Counted from the stretch's first letter, positions 8,099 through 17,020 are shown. The stretch: 24,000 bases of DNA from Plastoroseomonas hellenica (GCF_018129085.1 NZ_JAAGBB010000018.1:49688-73687), one strand, 5' to 3'. Notes: generated by a model from the sequence alone, not told the origin. Made by a program: numbers and translations.

Positions 8099-9715
8099 TC
8101 AACTCTCCGCGGCCCTGCCCGGGGCCGCGGGCAGGATGATCTCGAAGACAGCGCCCGGCCCAATGGGCAGAAGGCGGAGGCTGCCGCCCGCGGCCTCCGT
8201 ATGGCTGCGTGCGATGGACAGCCCGAGGCCGGTGCCGCCGCTCTCGCGCGCGGTGGTGAAGAAGCGGTCGAAGACCCGGGCCGCATTCGCGGCGGTGATG
8301 CCGCGCCCGCTGTCGCTCACCCGTATCAGCACCTGACCTTCCGCGATTTCCCAGGACAGGTTGCAGCGGGCCTCTGCTCCGGCGTGCTGGCGCACATTCT
8401 CGAACAAGATCGCGAAGACGCTGCGCAGCGTCTCCGGCGCGATCGCCGCGGTCGCGGCCGCGCCGCGCCATGCGATGGCGAGGCCCTGCGCGATGAAGGG
8501 TGCCGCCGCCACCTCCACGACCGCGCCGATCGTGGCCGCCGCGGGGCCCTGCGCGTGCGGCGCTTCGGCGCGCGCGAGCTCCAGCAGGCGGCGCACCAGC
8601 CGGTCCAGCCGCTCCACATCCGCCGCAGCCTGAGCCAGGAAGCCAGCGCGCTCCTCCGGCGTCATCGTCGCGGCATGGTCCTGCAGCAGCTCCAGCGCGC
8701 CGCGCAACGCGGCGAGCGGGGTCTTGAACTCATGGCTGACCTCGGCGGCGAACTGGCCGATATAGTCGGCGCGGCGCTCCAGCGTGCCGGCCATGCTGGC
8801 GATCGCGGCGAAGAGCTCATCGGCCTCGCGCACTGCGCTGCGCCTTGTACGCTGCATCGGCACCCGCGCGCCGGCCGCCACCGCCTTGGCCTGTTCCGCG
8901 ACGGCGCGGATCGGCCGACCGACCGTATAGGCGGTGAAGGCGGCGAGCGCCGCCGCCACCAGCACCAGTGCCAGGGTCAGACCCGCCAGCTCCCACCGCT
9001 TGCCATAGAGCGCCTGGGCGATGCTGGATGGCGTGCGGGAGAGCCCCACGGCGCCGATGACATGCGGCCCGGCCCGCACCGGCAGCGCCACGAAGACGCG
9101 GAAGGGCGCCGCGCGGCTGATCGAGGCGAGCCCTGCCGGCGTTGCCGGCTCTCGTCGCGCCCGCAGCCGGGATGCAGGGTTGCCGGCCAGCGCGGCGGCG
9201 ACCTCCTCCAGTCCCGCCAGCGACAACCCGCGTTCCCCGCCACTGGTCGCGACCACGATGCCCGCGTGGTCGGTCACGCGCATGCCGGCCAGGGTGACGC
9301 GCTGCGCCTCGGCCAGCACAGGCCCCAGCGCCTCCCCGGCGATGCGGGCAAAGCGATCGGCGGGTGCCGCGGGCAGCGTAGGCTCAGGCGGGGGCGACAG
9401 GATCGGGTCGCGCGCCAGGTCGAGCGTCGCGAAGCGCGGCGCCCAGCCTTCCGACGGCGGCACCAACGGCAGCGCCGCGAGCGTGGCCTCCGCCTCAGGC
9501 CCCGCCGCCTGCAGCCAGCCGGCATGGAAGGCGGCGCCGATCACCGCGGCCTGGGCCACCAGTTCGGTTTCGGTTTGGCGCACCAGCGCGCTTTCATAGA
9601 TGCGCAGCATCCAGAGCCCACCGAGCGGCAGCGCGAGCAGCAGCAGGTTCACCAGCAGCAGCACGGTGCGGATGCGCGGCTTGCGCCGGATGGATGGCCT
9701 CGGTTCAGCCGCCAT
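8099..9715 (-). CDS. Two-component sensor histidine kinase (two TM segments, HAMP, HisKA, HATPase_c); possible CreC-type partner of the adjacent regulator
   Basis: 538 aa from the ATG at 9715. TM1 is TVLLLVNLLLLALPLGGLWML. A periplasmic region of about 250 aa follows, then TM2 WELAGLTLALVLVAAALAAFTAYTV and a HAMP domain (GRPIRAVAEQAKAV). H-box EVSHEFKTPLAALRGALELL, N-box FENVRQHAG, and G-boxes DSGRGI and GGTGLGLSIA. The 11-nt overlap with the upstream response-regulator gene supports the start choice. Confidence 0.9.
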   Translation of the reverse strand: MAAEPRPSIRRKPRIRTVLLLVNLLLLALPLGGLWMLRIYESALVRQTETELVAQAAVIGAAFHAGWLQAAGPEAEATLAALPLVPPSEGWAPRFATLDLARDPILSPPPEPTLPAAPADRFARIAGEALGPVLAEAQRVTLAGMRVTDHAGIVVATSGGERGLSLAGLEEVAAALAGNPASRLRARREPATPAGLASISRAAPFRVFVALPVRAGPHVIGAVGLSRTPSSIAQALYGKRWELAGLTLALVLVAAALAAFTAYTVGRPIRAVAEQAKAVAAGARVPMQRTRRSAVREADELFAAIASMAGTLERRADYIGQFAAEVSHEFKTPLAALRGALELLQDHAATMTPEERAGFLAQAAADVERLDRLVRRLLELARAEAPHAQGPAAATIGAVVEVAAAPFIAQGLAIAWRGAAATAAIAPETLRSVFAILFENVRQHAGAEARCNLSWEIAEGQVLIRVSDSGRGITAANAARVFDRFFTTARESGGTGLGLSIARSHTEAAGGSLRLLPIGPGAVFEIILPAAPGRAAES

Positions 9716-10388
9716 CGAGGAAGCGGTAGCCGAGGCCATGCACGGTGCCGATCGGCTCGGCGCCCAGCGCCGCGAGCTTGGCTCGCAGATGCCGCACATG
9801 GCTGTCGATGGTGCGGTCGCTGACGATGCGCGGCTCGGCATGGGCGGCCGCCATCAGCATCTCCCGCGTGTAGACGCGGCCCGGCTGCGCGGCCATGGCG
9901 CCGAGCAGGCGGAACTCGGTGACGGTCAGCGGGATGGGTTGACCGTGCCACTGCGCCTCGAAGCGTTCGGCATCGAGGCTGAGCGGGCCGCGGCGCAGCG
10001 GCGCGGCGGCGGGCGCGGTGACGCGCCCCTCCGCGCGGCGCAGCATGGCGCGCACCCGGGCCACCAGCTCGCGCGGGCTGAAGGGCTTGGTGACATAGTC
10101 GTCGCCGCCGAGCTCGAGGCCGAGCACCCGGTCCAGCTCCTCGTCGCGGGAGGAGAGGAAGATCACCGGCACGTCGTGACTGCGGCGCAGGCGCCGGCAG
10201 ACCTCGGTGCCGTCGAGCTCCGGCATGGTGACATCGAGGATGATGAGGTCGGGACGCTCGCGCTCGAAGAGACCGAGCGCGGCAGCGCCGTCCGCGGCCT
10301 CCACGGTCGCGAAGCCGTCCCGGGCAAGCGCGAAGCGGATCACGCTGCGGATATGGGGGTCGTCGTCCACGACCATGATCTTGGGCAT
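9705..10388 (-). CDS. OmpR-family DNA-binding response regulator; possible CreB-type, inferred only from the creD neighbour
   Basis: 227 aa. Receiver domain MPKIMVVDDDPHIR...PDLIILDVTMPELDG...DYVTKPF. Winged-helix output domain LTVTEFRLLGAMAAQPGRVYTREMLM...IDSHVRHLRAKL...VHGLGYRF. Confidence 0.92.
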   Translation of the reverse strand: MPKIMVVDDDPHIRSVIRFALARDGFATVEAADGAAALGLFERERPDLIILDVTMPELDGTEVCRRLRRSHDVPVIFLSSRDEELDRVLGLELGGDDYVTKPFSPRELVARVRAMLRRAEGRVTAPAAAPLRRGPLSLDAERFEAQWHGQPIPLTVTEFRLLGAMAAQPGRVYTREMLMAAAHAEPRIVSDRTIDSHVRHLRAKLAALGAEPIGTVHGLGYRFLDGG

Positions 10389-10400
10389 GCGGGCGGGGAA

Positions 10401-10425
10401 TCACTCCTCTGCACGATCTTTGCAC
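10401..10425 (+). promoter_or_regulatory. Direct-repeat operator candidate: TCAC-N6-TGCAC-N6-TGCAC, helically phased, with cre-tag-like architecture
   Basis: The sequence reads aaTCACtcctcTGCACgatcttTGCACagg. The two TGCAC pentamers (10410-10414 and 10421-10425) are separated by exactly 6 nt, the same 5+6+5 layout as the E. coli CreB site TTCAC-N6-TTCAC. The site lies about 90-105 nt upstream of the creD ATG, in the divergent promoter region. A further TGCAC occurs at 10467-10471. Confidence 0.4.
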
Positions 10426-10515
10426 AGGATTTCCTGCGGCGCTGCAAGGCCTGCGGATAGCGGCTGCACATGGGCGGGGCAGGGTGCGGGGTGTCCAGAG
10501 GGGAGACCTGACCGC

Positions 10516-11868
10516 ATGTCCGCCACCGAACCGCCATCCGGGGTGATCCCGCCCATGCCGGCGCCGCCGACCCGCCCGCGCAGCCTCGCCGCCAGCCTTG
10601 GCATTCCGACGATCAAGCTTGGCATGCTCGCCGGCCTGTTGCTGGCGCTGCTGCTGCCGCAGTACTTCATCGCCGACCTCATCGCCGAACGCGAAGGACG
10701 GCAGGAGGAGGTCCGGCGGGAGATCGGCGCATCCTGGGGGCAGCCGCAGACCGTGCTCGGCCCACTCCTGGTGCTGCCCTACCGGGTCCCAAGCTCCCGC
10801 GCACCGAGCGGCTGGGACCGCGCAGCGATTGCCATCCCGCCGGCCGAGCTTTCCACGCAGGCGGCAGTGATGCCGGAGCGGCGTCGACGGGGCCTGTTCG
10901 AGACAGTGGTCTACACTGCGCGGATCGATCTCGCCGCGCGCTTCGCCATCGAGGCGGTTCTACCGGACGGGGCGGAAGCGTTGTGGGGCGATGCCTATCT
11001 GCTGACCGGATCCAGTGACCAGCGGCCGGTCGCTGCCGCACCCAACTTGCGTTGGGGCGGGCGGGTGCTGACTCCGGCCGAGGGAGGCCAGGAGCGTTGC
11101 GGCGGCCTGGAGACGCTACGCTGGCCGCTGCGGCTCGAGGGGCCGCCGGAGCCAGGGCAGGCCATCGCCGTGAGCGGCGAGATGGAGCTGCGCGGGACGA
11201 GCAGCCTCGGGTTTCTGCCATTCGCGGCACGGGCCCGTTTCACGGCGGCTGGTGCCTGGGACAGCCCAAGCTATATCGGGGGTAACCTACCATCCCGCAC
11301 CACGCTCGACGATGCCGGCTTCCGTGCTGAATGGTCCGGCGGCGTGGCGAGGCGAGCCTTTCCGACGGCTGCTGCGGGTGGCTGCGGGCCGAGCATCGCG
11401 GAAGTGCCCAGCATGGGCGTCGCCCTGCTGGAGGCCGTGCCGACCTACCGCATGGTCAACCGCGCCGCGAAATACGCGCTGATGTTCCTGGTGCTGGCCT
11501 TCCTGACCTATTTGCTCTTCGAGCTGGTGGCGGGACTGCGCATCCATCTCGTGCAGTACGGGCTGCTCGGCTTCTCGGTGGTGCTGTTTCCGCTGCTGCT
11601 GCTGGCGATCGCGGAACCGGCCGGCTTCGCGGCCGCCTATGCGATCAGCACCGCGATGGTGATGGCGCAGGCCAGCCTCTACACCGCGTCCGTCACCCAT
11701 GACCGCCGGTTGGCGCTGATCTTCGCGGGCGTGCTCGCGACGCTGTTCGGCTTCCTCTACGTGGTGCTGAGCCTCGAGAGCCTCGCACTGCTGACCGGCG
11801 CTGTCGCGCTCTTCGCTGCGCTCTCGGTGGTGATGCTGGTGACGCGCCGGATACGCTGGGGCGCGTGA
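10516..11868 (+). CDS. creD: Cell envelope integrity inner-membrane protein CreD
   Basis: 450 aa from the ATG at 10516, with a GAGGGGAGA purine tract upstream. This matches the length of E. coli CreD as I recall it. Shared strings (E. coli from memory): N-terminal TM followed by IAEREGRQEEVRREI...GPLLVLPY (E. coli VERADYRSDVEDAI...GPLIAIPV); NRAAKYALMFLVLAFLTYLLFELVAGLRIHLVQYGLLGFSVVLFPLLLLAIAEPAGF (E. coli DRATKYAILLIALTFMAFFVFETLTAQRLHPMQYLLVGLSLVMFYLLLLALSEHTGF); C-terminal VMLVTRRIRW (E. coli MMFVTRNIDW). Confidence 0.9.
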   Translation: MSATEPPSGVIPPMPAPPTRPRSLAASLGIPTIKLGMLAGLLLALLLPQYFIADLIAEREGRQEEVRREIGASWGQPQTVLGPLLVLPYRVPSSRAPSGWDRAAIAIPPAELSTQAAVMPERRRRGLFETVVYTARIDLAARFAIEAVLPDGAEALWGDAYLLTGSSDQRPVAAAPNLRWGGRVLTPAEGGQERCGGLETLRWPLRLEGPPEPGQAIAVSGEMELRGTSSLGFLPFAARARFTAAGAWDSPSYIGGNLPSRTTLDDAGFRAEWSGGVARRAFPTAAAGGCGPSIAEVPSMGVALLEAVPTYRMVNRAAKYALMFLVLAFLTYLLFELVAGLRIHLVQYGLLGFSVVLFPLLLLAIAEPAGFAAAYAISTAMVMAQASLYTASVTHDRRLALIFAGVLATLFGFLYVVLSLESLALLTGAVALFAALSVVMLVTRRIRWGA

Positions 11869-11910
11869 AGCTCGGAGCCTGGCCGCAGCGCGGCCAGGCT
11901 CCGGAGCTTC
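11867..11910. terminator. Long near-perfect inverted repeat (20-bp stem, one bulge, 3-nt loop); candidate bidirectional terminator
   Basis: GAAGCTCGGAGCCTGGCCGC-agc-GCGGCCAGGCTCCGGAGCTTC. It starts inside the creD stop codon (11866-11868) and ends 3 nt before the stop codon of the convergent binding-protein gene (11914-11916). It therefore fills the whole convergent intergenic gap. Confidence 0.55.
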
Positions 11911-11913
11911 AGG

Positions 11914-13194
11914 TCAGCGCGGCAGCAGGCGGCGCACGCCATTGGCCATGTCGCCGAGCGCGGCCTCCGGCGTCGCGTTGCTTTCGACCACGCGGGCGAT
12001 GTTGTTCACGATGGTCTCGGTGATGCGCACGCCATTGGTGCCCGGGAAGGCGTACCAGGCCTGGGCGATCGGCATCTGCTCCATCGCCGGGCGGAACAGC
12101 GGGTTCTCCCGGTAGAAGCTACCGAGGAAGCGGTCGTCGCGGGCGGCGATGGTGTTGCAGGGCACATAGCCGGTGCCGCGCGTCATCAGCTCCTGCCCGC
12201 GCGGGCCGGTGGCGAAGGTCACGAACTTCCACGCCGCCTCGTGCCGCGCGGCATCGCGGGTCAGGATCACCGCGGCATTGCCGCCGGTCGGCAGGCGGCC
12301 CTTCTCGGCATCGATCACCGGCATCTTGGTGGTGCGCAGATCGACATCGCGGCCGATGCTGCGCTGCATGGAGCCGATATAGGCCGTCGTGCCGGAGAAG
12401 ATGCCCATCTTGCCGGCATAGAAAGCCTGCAGCGCCGCATCCACGGTGAAGGCCGGCATCCGGCCTTCCTTCACCATGCGGTCGATCAGGCGCATGGAGG
12501 CAAGGCCCTCGGCACCGTTGAAGGCGACGTCACGCTCATCGGCGGCCAGCATGGTGCCGCCATGGCCGTAGAGCAGGGCGGAGAACATCCAATCATCACC
12601 GGCCCAGCGGAAATGCATGCTGCTGTTGCCGTCGCCGAGCGCCTGCACGCGGCCGGCGAGTGCGATCAGGCTGTTCCAATCGGTCGGCAGGTTGTCCGGG
12701 TCGCCGCCGGCGCGGCGCACCAGGTTGGCGTTGTAGTAGACGATCGGGTTGGAGGAGGCGAAGCCCATGCCCGCCTGCACCTCCCTCACCTGACCGAGGC
12801 CGAGCAGGTTCGGCGTCCAGCCCTTGGCAGCGACATCCCCCTCCCGTTCCAGGAAGGGGCGGAGGTCGACCGGCAGGCGGCGCTCCACCAGCATGCGCAA
12901 CCGGTTGAGTCCCTGGAAGCTGACATCCGGCAGCCCGCCGGCGACACCCTGGCGGAGCACCTGCTGCACGGCGTCCTCGTAGGAAGGGGAGGGCGCGGTG
13001 TAGCGCACCGAGAGCCCCGGATTGGCGGCGGCGAATTCCTCCGCGATCTTCTCCATCACGTCCTTGAAGAAGGCCGGCATCGGGTAGTGGACGACGAGCT
13101 CGGTCGGGCTGCCCTGGGCCGCCAGGATGCGTGGCGCGGCCAGCGTGCCGGCGAGCGCGGCACCGAGTGCTGCGCGGCGCGTGAGGATGGTCAT
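11914..13194 (-). CDS. ABC transporter substrate-binding protein, family 1 (sugar / glycerol-3-phosphate type, UgpB-like)
   Basis: 426 aa from the ATG at 13194, with AAGGAG 6 nt upstream. Tat/Sec-like leader MTILTRRAALGAALAGTLAAPRILAAQG. The body resembles family-1 binding proteins (ELVVHYPMPAFFKDVMEKIAEEFAAANPGLSV...). Last gene of the five-gene operon. Confidence 0.85.
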   Translation of the reverse strand: MTILTRRAALGAALAGTLAAPRILAAQGSPTELVVHYPMPAFFKDVMEKIAEEFAAANPGLSVRYTAPSPSYEDAVQQVLRQGVAGGLPDVSFQGLNRLRMLVERRLPVDLRPFLEREGDVAAKGWTPNLLGLGQVREVQAGMGFASSNPIVYYNANLVRRAGGDPDNLPTDWNSLIALAGRVQALGDGNSSMHFRWAGDDWMFSALLYGHGGTMLAADERDVAFNGAEGLASMRLIDRMVKEGRMPAFTVDAALQAFYAGKMGIFSGTTAYIGSMQRSIGRDVDLRTTKMPVIDAEKGRLPTGGNAAVILTRDAARHEAAWKFVTFATGPRGQELMTRGTGYVPCNTIAARDDRFLGSFYRENPLFRPAMEQMPIAQAWYAFPGTNGVRITETIVNNIARVVESNATPEAALGDMANGVRRLLPR

Positions 13195-13220
13195 GGCAAT
13201 CTCCTTCGGAGGATGAGCGG

Positions 13221-14063
13221 TCAGCCCTTGAGGCCCGCGGTCGCGATGCCCTGGATGAAGCGGCGCTGCGCGAGCAGGAACAGGATCACCATCGGCGCGG
13301 TCACCATCACGGCGGCGGCCATCAGCGCGCCGACATCGTTGCCGGCCTCCTCGGCGCGGAAGAACAGCACCCCGAGCGCCGGCGTCGCCATGCCGTGCGA
13401 CTGCACGACGATCAGCGGCCAGAACAGGTCGTTCCAATGCGCGACGATGGAGAAGGTGGCGAAGGCGGTTGCCGCCGGCCAGGCATTCGGCATGACCACG
13501 CGCCAGACGATCGACATCTCGCCCATGCCGTCGATGCGCGCGGCATGGATCAGCTCATCCGGCAGGGAGCGGAAGGCCTGGCGGAACAGGAAGATGCCAA
13601 AGACCGAGATGCTGAAGGGCGCGACCAGCGCCGTGAAGCTGTCGAGCAGCCCGAGCCGGGCGAAGCCGACATAGAGCGGCAGCGCCGGCACGTGGTAGGG
13701 GATCAGCAGCCCGAGCATGACCAGGCCGAACAGCACCTCCCGCCCGCGCCAGCGCAGTTTTGCGAGTGCATAGGCGGCGGGCACGGCGAAGAGGGTCTGG
13801 AAGAACAGGATCAGCGCGCAGACCACGACGCCGTTGAACAGGAAGCGCAGCATCGGCACTTCCCTGAGCGCCTTGCCGTAATTCTCCAGCGCGTAGAACC
13901 GCTCCGGCAGCAGGGAGAGTGAGTTGCTGAACACCTCGCTGCCCGGCTTCAGGGAGGCGAAGAACATCCAGACATAGGGCGCGAGAACGATGACCGCGCC
14001 GAGGCCGAGCAACGCCAGGCGCGGCAGGTCCTGGATCAGCGTGCGGTTAGCGCCAGGCGTCAT
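13221..14063 (-). CDS. Carbohydrate-type ABC transporter permease (MalG/UgpE-like)
   Basis: 280 aa from the ATG at 14063. Contains the EAA-loop region LPDELIHAARIDGMGEMSIVWRVVMPNAWPA and six predicted TM stretches. An ATGA overlap with the upstream permease stop codon (14060-14063) indicates coupling. Confidence 0.9.
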   Translation of the reverse strand: MTPGANRTLIQDLPRLALLGLGAVIVLAPYVWMFFASLKPGSEVFSNSLSLLPERFYALENYGKALREVPMLRFLFNGVVVCALILFFQTLFAVPAAYALAKLRWRGREVLFGLVMLGLLIPYHVPALPLYVGFARLGLLDSFTALVAPFSISVFGIFLFRQAFRSLPDELIHAARIDGMGEMSIVWRVVMPNAWPAATAFATFSIVAHWNDLFWPLIVVQSHGMATPALGVLFFRAEEAGNDVGALMAAAVMVTAPMVILFLLAQRRFIQGIATAGLKG

Positions 14064-14986
14064 CCGTAGTGCACGCGGCGGTCGAGGATGCGCGTCTGCA
14101 CCAGCATCAGCACCAGCACGATCCCTAGGAAGACCACGGTGATGGCGGCGGAATAGCCGATGCGGAAATAGGTGAAGCCTTCCTGGTACATGGTGTGCAG
14201 CAGCACCTCGGAGGCGTTGTTCGGCCCGCCGCGGGTCAGCGCCTGCACGGTGTCGAAGACGCGGAGGCACCGGATGGCGGTGATGGTCACGACGAAGAGC
14301 GTGGTCGGGCCCAGCAGCGGCCAGGTGACCAGCCGGAAGCGGTCGAGCGCGGAGCGCGCGCCGTCGAGCTCGGCAGCCGCGTAGAGCTCGCGGGGGATGG
14401 CGGTGAGGCCGGCCATGAACAGCACCACGACGAAGCCCAGATTCTCCCAGACCCCGATCAGACAGAGCGAAGGCATCACCCAGTCGGAGGAGCCGAGCCA
14501 GTTGATCGGCGCGATACCGATCATCCCGAGCAGCTTGTTCACGGGACCGATGGTCGGGTGCAGCAGGTATTGCCAGGCCGTCGCCATGGCGACGAGCAGC
14601 GAGACCACCGGCAGGAAATAGATGGCGCGGAAGGTGGCGCGCAGCCTGGTGCCGCCTTCGATCAGCAGCGCGATGCCGAGGCCGAGGCCGATCGAGGCCG
14701 GTATCACCACGCCGACATAGAGCAGCGTGTTGCTCAGCGCGATGCGGAACACCGGGTCGGTCGTCAGCTCGGCGTAGTTCTCGAGGCCGATCCAGGCGAG
14801 CTCCGGCGCCCCCAGCTCCCAATCGGTGAAGGAGAGGCCGAGCAGGGCTGCGCTGGGACCCAGCAGCAGCAGGAACAGCGCGATGGTGGCGGGGGCGGCC
14901 AGCAGCCAGCCCGCCGCACCCTCGCCGAGGCCGCGCGCGGTGCCGGCCGCACGCCGGGGCGCCGGCAGCGCCAGCGCCTCAGGCAT
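14060..14986 (-). CDS. Carbohydrate-type ABC transporter permease (MalF/UgpA-like)
   Basis: 308 aa from the ATG at 14986. EAA-loop region IPRELYAAAELDGARSALDRFRLVTWPLLGP. The start overlaps the end of the ATPase gene by 8 nt (ATPase stop at 14979-14981). Confidence 0.9.
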   Translation of the reverse strand: MPEALALPAPRRAAGTARGLGEGAAGWLLAAPATIALFLLLLGPSAALLGLSFTDWELGAPELAWIGLENYAELTTDPVFRIALSNTLLYVGVVIPASIGLGLGIALLIEGGTRLRATFRAIYFLPVVSLLVAMATAWQYLLHPTIGPVNKLLGMIGIAPINWLGSSDWVMPSLCLIGVWENLGFVVVLFMAGLTAIPRELYAAAELDGARSALDRFRLVTWPLLGPTTLFVVTITAIRCLRVFDTVQALTRGGPNNASEVLLHTMYQEGFTYFRIGYSAAITVVFLGIVLVLMLVQTRILDRRVHYG

Positions 14987-16133
14987 GGACGCGCCGGTCC
15001 GCAGGGACGGTGCGCAGCCGCTTTCCATCGGCGCCGAAGAGCAGCGCCTCCGGCCATTCGGCGCCGAGCCGGATGGCATCGCCGCGCCGCAGCCCACCGG
15101 CGATGGCGACCGGCAGCTTGGCGACCAGCGGCGCGTCCGGTGCCGCCAGCCGGGCATGCAGCAGCACCTCGGCGCCGAGGAATTCCAGATGCTCCACCGT
15201 CGCCGCCAACCCGTCGCGGGTCAGGCTCAGCGCCTCCGGCCGCAGCCCGAGAGTGAGCGTCGTGCCGGCCGGCGCTTCCGCCAGCATGGGCAGCAGCAGC
15301 GGGCCGACTGCCACACCACTCGGGGTGGCCAGCGCGGGCAGGGTGTTGATGCGGGGGCTGCCGAGGAAGCCCGCGACGCTGAGGTCGCAGGGGTCGTCAT
15401 AGACCTGGCGTGGCGTGCCGAGCTGCAGCAGCTCGCCTTCCATCATCACCGCGACCCGGTCGGACATGGTCATCGCCTCGACCTGATCATGCGTCACATA
15501 GATGGTGGTGACGCCGGCGCGGCGGTGCAGCTCCACGATCTCCCGCCGCGTGCCGGCACGCAGCTCGGCATCGAGGTTGGAGAGCGGCTCATCCATCAGG
15601 AAGGCAGAGGGTTCGCGCACCAGGGCGCGGCCGAGCGCCACGCGCTGGCGCTGCCCGCCGGAGAGCTGCGCCGGGCGGCGCTGCATCAGGTGCCCGAGGC
15701 GCAGCATCTCCGCCGCCTCCCGCACGCGCGTCGCGATGGCACCGCGCCGTCCCGCCTGGCCAGGGACCAGATGGCGCAGCAACGGCAGCCGCTCCAGCGC
15801 CGAGAGCCGGCGCATCACCAGCGGCACGGCCAAATTCTGCTCGACGGTCAGGTGCGGATAAAGCGCGTAGTTCTGGAACACCATGGCGATGTCGCGATCC
15901 GCGGCGCGCAGCCGCGTCACGTCGCGCCCGCCGATGGTGATGCGCCCTGCATCCGCGGTCTCCAGACCGGCGATGATGCGCAGCAGCGTGGTCTTGCCGC
16001 AGCCGGAGGGGCCGACCAGGGAGAGGAATTCGCCCTCACGCAACGCGATGGAGACGCCTTTCAGGACCCGGGTCGCGCCGAAGGTCTTTTCGATGCCTTC
16101 GATCAGGATCTCCCGCCCCGCTTCACGCTGCAT
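14979..16133 (-). CDS. ABC transporter ATP-binding protein (UgpC/MalK-like, with C-terminal regulatory/TOBE-like domain)
   Basis: 384 aa. Walker A GPSGCGKTT, Q-loop MVFQNYALYPHLTV, signature LSGGQRQRVALGRAL, Walker B FLMDEPLSNLD and H-loop TIYVTHDQ. A C-terminal extension of about 130 aa follows, as in MalK/UgpC. Confidence 0.93.
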   Translation of the reverse strand: MQREAGREILIEGIEKTFGATRVLKGVSIALREGEFLSLVGPSGCGKTTLLRIIAGLETADAGRITIGGRDVTRLRAADRDIAMVFQNYALYPHLTVEQNLAVPLVMRRLSALERLPLLRHLVPGQAGRRGAIATRVREAAEMLRLGHLMQRRPAQLSGGQRQRVALGRALVREPSAFLMDEPLSNLDAELRAGTRREIVELHRRAGVTTIYVTHDQVEAMTMSDRVAVMMEGELLQLGTPRQVYDDPCDLSVAGFLGSPRINTLPALATPSGVAVGPLLLPMLAEAPAGTTLTLGLRPEALSLTRDGLAATVEHLEFLGAEVLLHARLAAPDAPLVAKLPVAIAGGLRRGDAIRLGAEWPEALLFGADGKRLRTVPADRRVHA

Positions 16134-16974
16134 CGGGTTGCGCTTTCAGCAGATCGGAATTTGGATAGGCCTCGGCCCGCACCTGGTGGATGAAGGGGCG
16201 TTCCATGCCATCAGGGACGACCAGACTGGTCTCGACATGATCGGCATCGAAGCGGTGCAGCAGGTAGCCGCAGGGCCGGGCGCCGGGCAGGTCCGGCTGT
16301 TCATCCTCGGCGACGATGAAGCCGACCGAAGGCGCCCAGGCAAAGCGTACCGCGCCGCGCGCCACCTCGTGATGCAGGTGCAGGTGGCCGGAGGCGACGA
16401 GGCGGAGCGCCGGATGCGCCAGCAGCGGCAGGAAGGGCGCGCGCGCAAAGGGCGGCACCGACCAGTAATCGAACAGCGGATCATCGGCGGTGGTGACGAA
16501 GACCGGCTTGTGTAGGAACACCGCCAGCCGCCGATCGCCGAGGCTCGCCAGCGCCTCCGCGATGAAATCCGCCTGCGCCACTTCCTCGGGGTGGCCGGTG
16601 CCGCAGACCTGGCTGTTCAGGCCGAGCAGGCGCCAGCCATCCCTGTCCAGCACCCACCGCTCCTGCCCGAAATGCCGGCGGAAGCGCAGCAGCCGTTCCG
16701 TGTCGAAGGGCTGGCGCGGTGCGCGGTCGGGATGGTCGCCGACATCATGGTTGCCCGGCACCGCGAGCACCGGGCGCGGCAGCCGGGCGAAGCTCGCGGC
16801 GGCGAAAGCCATGTCAGCCTCGCTGTCGGCGCCATCGAGGGAGACGTCGCCGCTCGCCACGATGATGTCCGGGATCTCGGCCGCCAGCGCGGCCGCCACG
16901 GCGTCGAAATTCGCGCGGAACAGCGCGGTCCCCGCACCGAGATGCGTGTCGGAGATCTGGGCGAGCGTGAACAT
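16123..16974 (-). CDS. Calcineurin-like metallophosphoesterase (GpdQ/CpdA-like phosphodiesterase candidate)
   Basis: 283 aa. It carries the ordered metallophosphoesterase motifs: ISDTHLG (DxH), ASGDVSLDG (GDxxDxG-like), VPGNHD (GNHD), VFLHKP (H) and ASGHLHLHH (GHxH). It is the first gene of the operon and overlaps the ATPase start by 11 nt. Confidence 0.85.
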   Translation of the reverse strand: MFTLAQISDTHLGAGTALFRANFDAVAAALAAEIPDIIVASGDVSLDGADSEADMAFAAASFARLPRPVLAVPGNHDVGDHPDRAPRQPFDTERLLRFRRHFGQERWVLDRDGWRLLGLNSQVCGTGHPEEVAQADFIAEALASLGDRRLAVFLHKPVFVTTADDPLFDYWSVPPFARAPFLPLLAHPALRLVASGHLHLHHEVARGAVRFAWAPSVGFIVAEDEQPDLPGARPCGYLLHRFDADHVETSLVVPDGMERPFIHQVRAEAYPNSDLLKAQPDAA

Positions 16975-17020
16975 GGGGCTTCTCGGCGATCGTATGCCGG
17001 CGCTGTCTTAGGGAGGCTGG

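Noticed and set aside
7895-9823. 642-aa plus-strand ORF overlapping the histidine kinase
   Set aside because: The minus strand carries the full TM/HAMP/H-box/N-box/G-box series. The plus-strand translation is Arg/Gly/Ala-rich with no domain signature.
12241-16193. Plus-strand ORFs (12241-13674, 14195-15256, 14826-16193) across the ABC operon, and the 533-aa minus-strand ORF 13221-14822
   Set aside because: The plus-strand ORFs are antisense shadows of motif-bearing transporter genes. The 533-aa ORF is the real permease (13221-14063) plus an out-of-frame read-through across the upstream permease. The ATGA junction at 14060-14063 marks the true boundary.
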